Source: a virus
Taxonomy: Duplodnaviria; Caudoviricetes
Length of the DNA: 64,000 bases
Reading direction: 5' to 3' (one strand)
Virus record (IMG/VR): IMGVR_UViG_3300005656_000005
Location: 1-64,000 of that record
Shown: positions 57,923 to 64,000 of the stretch, one piece after another
How positions within the stretch are numbered: the first letter of the stretch is position 1
Layout of the letters: each line of letters starts with the position of its first letter
Position numbers and translations under genes: made by a program
Notes under the pieces: generated by a model
Told to the model about the DNA's origin: nothing
The model's input: only the letters and a program-made list of their open reading frames with translations
Database searches by the model: none

Positions 57923-58562
57923 TTTCGTTTTTTTTATACTTGTTATAGATATAATCAAAAGTCTTTCCCCTTACTAAAGCGTTTTTTATATTCATAAATT
58001 TGGTATTTAATAAAATAGCCCAATCTTGAATACATAAATTAAGCCCATTATATTCAATATATACATTACTCCTTCTGTTTCTATTTTGATTGGGGCGTGT
58101 ATCCCATTTACAATTTTCAGGGCTATATTCTTTATCATTATCTACTCTCTCTAAAGTATGTTTTTCGCTTGGCTTATCGCCCATATCTAAAATAAAATTT
58201 TCAAAACTTGAAATCCATCTATCACATACAAATATTCCTCTCGCTCCGTAATCAGGATATTGTGGATGATTAGGTCGTCCACATCTTGCTTTCATATTAC
58301 ACCAAGCATTATATTCAGATGTTGTGAATGTTAATGTATGGTTGCCATGATGCGTATGAATCAATTTTGCCATTTCTCCTATTCCACAACCGCATGATTT
58401 AGTTAATCCCCTTTTTATATTTCTTGCAAATATATCTTTAACTTTTCCACAGTCACATAGGCATTTAAACTTTACTTCTTCCCCTTTTTGAAATGGCAAC
58501 AATTCTAATATAATTAATTTGCTAAATCTTTGTCCTACAAAATTAAAATAGTCTGGTTTCAT
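57909..58562 (-). CDS. HNH-type homing endonuclease-like protein
   Basis: GQRFSKL..CLCDCG..TKSCGC..WCNMKARC..YGARGIFVC..LERVDNDKEYSPENCKW. Confidence 0.85.
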   Translation of the reverse strand: MKPDYFNFVGQRFSKLIILELLPFQKGEEVKFKCLCDCGKVKDIFARNIKRGLTKSCGCGIGEMAKLIHTHHGNHTLTFTTSEYNAWCNMKARCGRPNHPQYPDYGARGIFVCDRWISSFENFILDMGDKPSEKHTLERVDNDKEYSPENCKWDTRPNQNRNRRSNVYIEYNGLNLCIQDWAILLNTKFMNIKNALVRGKTFDYIYNKYKKNENDNL

Positions 58563-58684
58563 AAAAACAAAATCCTGCAAACAGAAGGTAAATCACAATC
58601 AGTTTTAAGTGAAGGTGCATCTGCTTACAGGAATTTATCGTGAATAATTTCATAACTGAACTGTGATTTACAACACTAATATAG

Positions 58685-59476
58685 TTATTTTTTTAACTCG
58701 TGCCAATTAAAATTTAAAGGGTCAAAATCATCTATCTTATCGGTAAACCAATATATTGAATTTTCTTCGTTTCCATTAAGCCTTGCGAAGTTTGAGTATA
58801 TGGTCATTCCGGTTCCAATATTTGACATATTATCAATCTGCTTTGCCGAACCGCCAACAAAAGTAAAGCAGTTTAATTCAGGCTCTATAATGATACAGGC
58901 GTGATCTATACCTATGGAACGGTGCATAACACTATCCAACATATCCATTACCTTTTGAACCGATTCTCTTTTTATTATCCAGCAATGCGTACTGAAACAA
59001 CCCAGAACTCTTATCACTCTTGGGTCGTCTGTTAATTCTGCGTCCCTTCCAATATTGCTACCATTTAGCATATACCCATTCCCATTGTGCCAATGCGGGG
59101 GATTGCAGTGGAATAAAGCACCTCCAAAAAATATATCCCAATCGTGTGTTTCAAAAAACTTTTCCATGTAATCAATGCGTTCTTTGAAGTCAGTAGCCAT
59201 CACAACATCGTCCTCTAAAACGAAACAGTGCTTATTTTGTTTAATTGCTTCTACCATCATTTCCCGCATCCCCATCCAACATCCGACAGCACCAGGAGTT
59301 CGCCCAGCCATTACCTTAAACCTATGCTCGGTCATATCGTATTCTTCTGGCAACTTACCCCTTGTTCTTCCGGCAACTAAACCGACACGATATAATTCTT
59401 TTTCAATATGCTCCCTGCGGTCTAATCTTTGGTCAAGGTTTAAATAAGAAATGTAGCAATCATCAAGTAAACTCAT
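58685..59476 (-). CDS. Glycosyltransferase, GT25-like
   Basis: LNLDQRLDRR, GAVGCW, FVLEDD, WDIFFGG, FSTHCW, QIDNMSNI. Confidence 0.85.
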   Translation of the reverse strand: MSLLDDCYISYLNLDQRLDRREHIEKELYRVGLVAGRTRGKLPEEYDMTEHRFKVMAGRTPGAVGCWMGMREMMVEAIKQNKHCFVLEDDVVMATDFKERIDYMEKFFETHDWDIFFGGALFHCNPPHWHNGNGYMLNGSNIGRDAELTDDPRVIRVLGCFSTHCWIIKRESVQKVMDMLDSVMHRSIGIDHACIIIEPELNCFTFVGGSAKQIDNMSNIGTGMTIYSNFARLNGNEENSIYWFTDKIDDFDPLNFNWHELKK

Positions 59477-60195
59477 TGGATATAATTTTTAAATGCTGAA
59501 TAAACATTTTTAACTTCCGACTTTAATTTATCGGCTGCATTTGGATACCTGATATTAAACCTCCCCCTCCATTCTGCATCAATTGGTTCACGTAATCTTT
59601 CAGGTAATGAAATTATGTAATCATCCGTTATGGTAGAATAATTATGTGGGTAAAGGGTTTTTAATTTAATAAATATTTCATGAATAGAAGGCCATTCTGT
59701 AGGGTTAAGCGGTGCAGGTGGTTGTCCTAAAAATAAACGGGCATCATCAATGATTATTATTGCATCTGCCTGATACCTTGCTATTGCATCCAGTTCTTCC
59801 ATTAATGGACATTCTGAAAATTGACTTTGGTTTGGTTCGGGATCGCTGTAATGCGAATCAATAAAAAACATGGCATAGTTATAAACCGGAACATCCTTAT
59901 CCGGCTGTGGTATCTTATTTTTTTCTGCAATTAAACCATCAATTATTTTTGGTAACAGATCAACGGTGTGTCCGGTAAGCCATGTTACGTTTTCAATGGT
60001 TTCATCTATTACTGCACGATTTTCTATTAACTCAATTGTTATTACTTTTTCAAAATGCTTTGCAGCTATTCTTGTACTATCTCCACCGGCTGTACCACAC
60101 TCCACTAATGTTGGTATCTCTACATAGTGTATAAGATGATTAATCAAATACATCGGTATGCCGCCAGTATTAACCCCATTTAACTCGTATCCCAT
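59473..60195 (-). CDS. SAM methyltransferase-like protein
   Basis: LVECGTAGG, TIEL, FFIDSH, IIIDDARLF. Confidence 0.7.
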   Translation of the reverse strand: MGYELNGVNTGGIPMYLINHLIHYVEIPTLVECGTAGGDSTRIAAKHFEKVITIELIENRAVIDETIENVTWLTGHTVDLLPKIIDGLIAEKNKIPQPDKDVPVYNYAMFFIDSHYSDPEPNQSQFSECPLMEELDAIARYQADAIIIIDDARLFLGQPPAPLNPTEWPSIHEIFIKLKTLYPHNYSTITDDYIISLPERLREPIDAEWRGRFNIRYPNAADKLKSEVKNVYSAFKNYIQ

Positions 60196-60206
60196 AATTT
60201 ATGTTT

Positions 60207-60890
60207 TTATATTTTTACCCATTTTTTATTGCTGACTATTGTATGTGCAATAATTGGTTCAGGAAAAAGAATTTCAATTGGTGTTGGTACATAATCTTCA
60301 TGCAACAAATCATTTCTTATAAAAACAGCGTCAAGTTCAGCTACGGTATAAACTAATGTATATCCTTTCCTACTCATAATTCTGTTTAATGCTAACAGGC
60401 TTGCCCCATAATAGTCGTCCCCCGCCCACTTATGTTGAGAATCGTATTCAATAGCGTAGCTTTCATCGTTTGAGAACTTAGAATTAAATTCAGTTATTAC
60501 CACCTTTGGCTTAATCTTAATAGCATTAAGTATGTACGCTTCATTCCCATCAATATCCACAGACAGCAAGTCCAATTCAAACACTTTGTACATTGAAAAT
60601 ATCCGGTTGATGTTATGGGCTGTTATAAACTCTTTTTCAACTATAGGAGATAAGGGTTCTGTATCCATAAGCAGCCCTCTCCACCCTTTATTTAAACGCA
60701 GATGTGCGGTGTTAGATAGTTCAACCCCATCCCTTGCTCCGAACTCCACAAATGTTCCTTTCTTAATTCCAAACTGACTAAATATTAATTCCAAAATACC
60801 GTCCTGCCCTTTTTGGGAATACACACTTCTTTCGGCTATGCTTAATTGGTATGGGCTTAAATTAAATTTCATTTTTACAGTTTTATCCAT
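60207..60890 (-). CDS. FkbM-like methyltransferase
   Basis: YSQKGQDG, FVEFGARDG..SNT, LLSVDIDGNE. Confidence 0.8.
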   Translation of the reverse strand: MDKTVKMKFNLSPYQLSIAERSVYSQKGQDGILELIFSQFGIKKGTFVEFGARDGVELSNTAHLRLNKGWRGLLMDTEPLSPIVEKEFITAHNINRIFSMYKVFELDLLSVDIDGNEAYILNAIKIKPKVVITEFNSKFSNDESYAIEYDSQHKWAGDDYYGASLLALNRIMSRKGYTLVYTVAELDAVFIRNDLLHEDYVPTPIEILFPEPIIAHTIVSNKKWVKI

Positions 60891-61630
60891 GTGTCAGGAA
60901 TAATGTCTTTGGTATCAGCACCTCCCCATCCCGCTTGGAACCATAGTTCTTGTGTAATAATTACTTTATCATGGTTACGATTAATATAGGACGACCACCA
61001 TGAAAAAGTACTACTGCTGTTTATATTTGAGTGGCAGCAACTAATCTCTATAAAGTCCTGCATAATATCGCTGTTGGTGCTGTACTCAAAATTATACAGA
61101 TGCCCGAATTTATTTTGAAAATAATTTAGATCATCTGAAAATACTTTAAACCTTGTAATGCCTGTTTTTTCTGTTATCAATGCCATTGCTTTTGTAAGGT
61201 ATGGTTCATCTACTAAGATGTGCTTACCTGCTATGGTGAGATAATCCCCAAATCTTGCCTGTATAGAACAAACATCTGGTATCAATTCCCAACGCAAATT
61301 AAAAGATTCAATCATTTCATCTTTATAGTCTTTGAAATAAAGTTCTGATTGAAAATATCCTTGTAAGGTAATGTTATTGTTTCTCCAGGATTCATCAAAA
61401 GGGATTTCATCATAATGGAAGTTTTTTTCTTTTACTACTATTGCCGGTATCCCTGCGTTATAGGTTGGGTCTTGAAGGTGTTTTAAATAAATTGGCGACC
61501 AGAACTCATTGCTTGTTCTTGTCGGTACGCTGAACTTTAACCCGTGTTTTTTTGCATACGCAAATGCTGCTGCACAAGTGAAAAAGAAATTACCTGCTCT
61601 ACCTGCCGGGATAAAAGATACATGGCTCAT
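60875..61630 (-). CDS. Alpha-1,2-fucosyltransferase-like (GT11)
   Basis: GRAGN, LQGYFQSELYF, QARFGDY, FSDD, SSTFSWW. Confidence 0.9.
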   Translation of the reverse strand: MSHVSFIPAGRAGNFFFTCAAAFAYAKKHGLKFSVPTRTSNEFWSPIYLKHLQDPTYNAGIPAIVVKEKNFHYDEIPFDESWRNNNITLQGYFQSELYFKDYKDEMIESFNLRWELIPDVCSIQARFGDYLTIAGKHILVDEPYLTKAMALITEKTGITRFKVFSDDLNYFQNKFGHLYNFEYSTNSDIMQDFIEISCCHSNINSSSTFSWWSSYINRNHDKVIITQELWFQAGWGGADTKDIIPDTWIKL

Positions 61631-61640
61631 AGTTATTCGT

Positions 61641-62627
61641 TTATTTGTTTGTTTTTTGTACCTCTGAATTAACCCAATTATACAGGCGTGTAATTCCCTG
61701 AATTAAAGGTTTTGATGGCGACCAATTTAAAACTGTTTCACAAAGTTCATTATTACTATTTCTGCCTCTTACACCCTGCACACCTTCGACATTTTTTATT
61801 GTAAGGTTTTTGCCCGAAATATCAATTATCATTTGTGCAAGATTATTAATTGAAATGAGTTCTGAACTTCCAATATTTATCGGGTTTGTATAGTCGCTAT
61901 CTAACAGCCTTAATACGCCTTCAATTGCTTCGTCAATGTATAAGAAACTTCGTACAGCCTGACCATCTCCCCATACGTCTATTTCGTCACCATCTTTAGC
62001 CATTGCAACTTTACGGGATAATGAGGCCGGGGCTTTGGCTCTTATTCCGTCATAGGTGGTAAATTCACCAAATACATTATGAAAACGGGCAACCCTGATA
62101 TTTAATCCTTTATTCCTGTAAAAGGAATCATATAGACATTCGCTAAAAAGTTTTTCTATTCCGTATGCACTTTCCGGTCTGCTATGCCAAACCATATCTT
62201 CGGACAAAGAAACATTATCAGTACCCATTTGGAATTTTTCAGAATAAGCACAAGCTGATGAACTCCAAAATATTTTTTTAATTTTAAATAGTGAAGCATA
62301 GTGTGCCACATTCAAATTTAATAATGCTGAATCATACATTATTTCTGAATCATTTTCACCTGTGGCTAAAAATCCCATTCCTCCCATAGAAGCACTATAC
62401 TGAAAGCAAACATCGAATGAATCATTGCTTGTATAAAACATCACTTTTGAAGCCTCTAAGGAATCCCTTAAATCACAAAATATATTTTCATCTGCCGGTG
62501 ATTCGGTAAACTCATTTTTTTTAATGTCAACACATCTTACCCAATACCCTAATTCTTTTAACTTGATAACTGTGTTAATTCCAAGAAATCCTTGTCCTCC
62601 AAAAACTATTGCCGTTTTTTGTTTCAT
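61641..62627 (-). CDS. NAD-dependent epimerase, GDP-mannose 3,5-epimerase-like
   Basis: GGQGFLG, ASMGGMGF, SSSACAY, YGIEK, RFHNVFG, KAPASLSRKV. Confidence 0.85.
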   Translation of the reverse strand: MKQKTAIVFGGQGFLGINTVIKLKELGYWVRCVDIKKNEFTESPADENIFCDLRDSLEASKVMFYTSNDSFDVCFQYSASMGGMGFLATGENDSEIMYDSALLNLNVAHYASLFKIKKIFWSSSACAYSEKFQMGTDNVSLSEDMVWHSRPESAYGIEKLFSECLYDSFYRNKGLNIRVARFHNVFGEFTTYDGIRAKAPASLSRKVAMAKDGDEIDVWGDGQAVRSFLYIDEAIEGVLRLLDSDYTNPINIGSSELISINNLAQMIIDISGKNLTIKNVEGVQGVRGRNSNNELCETVLNWSPSKPLIQGITRLYNWVNSEVQKTNK

Positions 62628-63040
62628 ATTATTTTATTTATTATTAAAAATCTTCTGTGAACTGGATGTGTTTTTGTGGGTATTGATTCATAAAATTTCC
62701 CGTTCTTAGGAACTTGGTTTACCGATACCGAAAACACAAGTGAAACAGTATGCCTTTTATTCCCTTTTTGTACCTCTCTTGGGAACTCCATAAATCCTAA
62801 CAATTTTGGAACGTAAACCCGTATCCCCATTTCTTCTTTTGCTATTCTGTTTATTGCTGAACCTATGCTTTCTCTGAATCTTATCCTACCTCCGGGCAAA
62901 TGCCACTTTCCTTTATATGGCTCAATATCCCTTTTTATCAAAAATACTTCACCTGCTTCAACCAATAAAATATCCACACATACCCTTGTTGACTTTGAGT
63001 AAATAAAGTTATAGTCTTTATCGGATAAATAGCCACTCAT
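62624..63040 (-). CDS. Nudix hydrolase (GDP-mannose hydrolase-like)
   Basis: EPYKGKWHLPGGRIRFRESI...AKEEMG. Confidence 0.85.
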   Translation of the reverse strand: MSGYLSDKDYNFIYSKSTRVCVDILLVEAGEVFLIKRDIEPYKGKWHLPGGRIRFRESIGSAINRIAKEEMGIRVYVPKLLGFMEFPREVQKGNKRHTVSLVFSVSVNQVPKNGKFYESIPTKTHPVHRRFLIINKII

Positions 63041-63759
63041 TTTAGTTGTTTTATTTTATCTAATATTGATTGATGAAATCCTGGTGGTGTTCGGCTGACA
63101 TTGTTTTGATAATGGCTACCTGAATGAACACGGTGAAAGTACTGTAATCCCTGTACTATTTTTATTTTTTTACCAGACCGGAGCCAGTTGTAACAAACAT
63201 AGATTGAATCGGAAGTAACCGGGTTTACTGTACCATCCCAATTGTGTAGGTAGTTTTCCCTGTTGACAAAGTAGTTTGCCGCATTTAAACAGGTTTCAAA
63301 CATGGGTTTATCAATCCACTCATTTACATTTTCTTTTGAAATTAACAGGGCTGAATACCCTCTGAAATCAAAGTTTGGCATTGCATATTCGGGAGTGTAA
63401 ATTGTGTCTGCATCCCATTCAGTTATTTCAAATATTCTATCCAGATAATCGGTATCAATGACATTATCTGAATCCAGCAAAATACAAAATGGTTGCTTGG
63501 CCCCAAATACTGCTGTTCTTTTGTTGAAGTAACAATCTTGATTGGAAAGGTTACGGCTTAAAGTTATCTTATTGCCATAAGACTGATTTAAAACATCAAT
63601 AATTGTTTTTACCTGTTTAAATATTTCAAGATCGCTGGCATCATCTGAAATATAAATATCCGATATTCTTTCATCGGCAATAACCTTGCTGAAACTTTCT
63701 ACTAAAACATCAACCCGGTTATATGTCGGGATTACAAGTGAAATTTTTCTATCTTCCAT
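63037..63759 (-). CDS. Glycosyltransferase family 2
   Basis: SLVIPTYNR, SDDAS, LLDSDN DxD motif. Confidence 0.85.
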   Translation of the reverse strand: MEDRKISLVIPTYNRVDVLVESFSKVIADERISDIYISDDASDLEIFKQVKTIIDVLNQSYGNKITLSRNLSNQDCYFNKRTAVFGAKQPFCILLDSDNVIDTDYLDRIFEITEWDADTIYTPEYAMPNFDFRGYSALLISKENVNEWIDKPMFETCLNAANYFVNRENYLHNWDGTVNPVTSDSIYVCYNWLRSGKKIKIVQGLQYFHRVHSGSHYQNNVSRTPPGFHQSILDKIKQLK

Positions 63760-64000
63760 TTAGCTGTTTTACTCGTTTATTAAATTTTTTTATTGCGTTC
63801 TTTTTATTTAGTGCTGATACATAAACACAACCTGTTTTAATCAATACCTTTTTTACTATACCGGCATCAGCTTTATTTATTCTTGTGGGTAATAAGGCAT
63901 CTACCTTTTCATATTCTGCAAGTTCTATATCTCCTGTTTGCGTATTTATTTGAAATAAGACATGGCCTCTTTGTGGTGTAATGGTTCCCAGCTTCTTTAA
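63749..64000 (-). CDS. Partial hypothetical phage protein (5' end outside window)
   Basis: Open frame ...GHVLFQINTQTGDIELAEY...ALNKKNAIKKF..., stop at 63749. Confidence 0.55.
   Translation of the reverse strand, partial: LKKLGTITPQRGHVLFQINTQTGDIELAEYEKVDALLPTRINKADAGIVKKVLIKTGCVYVSALNKKNAIKKFNKRVKQLNGR

Larger units (their letters stand above)
1..64000. mobile_element. Tailed bacteriophage genome segment (crAss-like/Bacteroidota-phage-type morphogenesis genes); no boundary or integrase visible
   Basis: Terminase, portal, capsid, fibres, lysozyme and holin/spanin-like genes; dense co-oriented ORFs; no host housekeeping genes in the window. Confidence 0.93.

Noticed and set aside
871-62709. 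Many short antisense or overlapping ORFs in the ORF track (e.g. 871-1131, 19978-20382, 24717-25199, 33663-34130, 37245-37814)
   Set aside because: They are shadows of long genes on the opposite strand, with typical antisense amino-acid bias.
54752-63759. Host capsule/LPS locus (prophage boundary)
   Set aside because: No wzx/wzy/ABC genes; contains phage-type HNH and hypothetical genes, and is co-oriented and contiguous with the capsid operon.
1-64000. Stop-codon reassignment as in some crAss-like phages
   Set aside because: Long genes are intact in the standard code and gaps are filled by small complete ORFs.
1-64000. tRNA or rRNA genes, group I introns or inteins in terL or portal
   Set aside because: No cloverleaf or rRNA signatures in the short intergenic gaps; terL and portal are uninterrupted and of expected size.

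Overview
The whole window looks like part of a large, AT-rich tailed phage of a Bacteroidota host. Genes lack Shine-Dalgarno signals, promoter-like elements are of the Bacteroidota TAnnTTTn type, and the terminase, portal, capsid and tail proteins resemble those of crAss-like/Flavobacteriia phages. Positions 1-8.8 kb (+) hold small early-type genes, including a J-domain protein, driven by four copies of a strictly spaced promoter element. Positions 8.9-54 kb (-) hold, read right to left, scaffold and major capsid, tail ring and muzzle proteins, three ejection-type proteins, a fibre/decoration insert, a 2335-aa polyvalent protein, an HNH-type gene, portal, terminase, fibres/spike and a lysis cassette. 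Positions 54.7-63.8 kb (-) hold a phage-borne glycan cluster: 3 GT25, GT11, GT2, 4 methyltransferases, a GDP-mannose epimerase-like enzyme and a Nudix hydrolase. The best candidate for a new system is virion post-translational modification. The fibre/spike genes carry Sec signal peptides and many Bacteroidota O-glycosylation sequons, the genome has a methyl/fucosyl-type glycan pathway, and the outer virion proteins are Cys-rich and flank a membrane CxxC protein. All family assignments come from motif recognition by eye; no searches were run.
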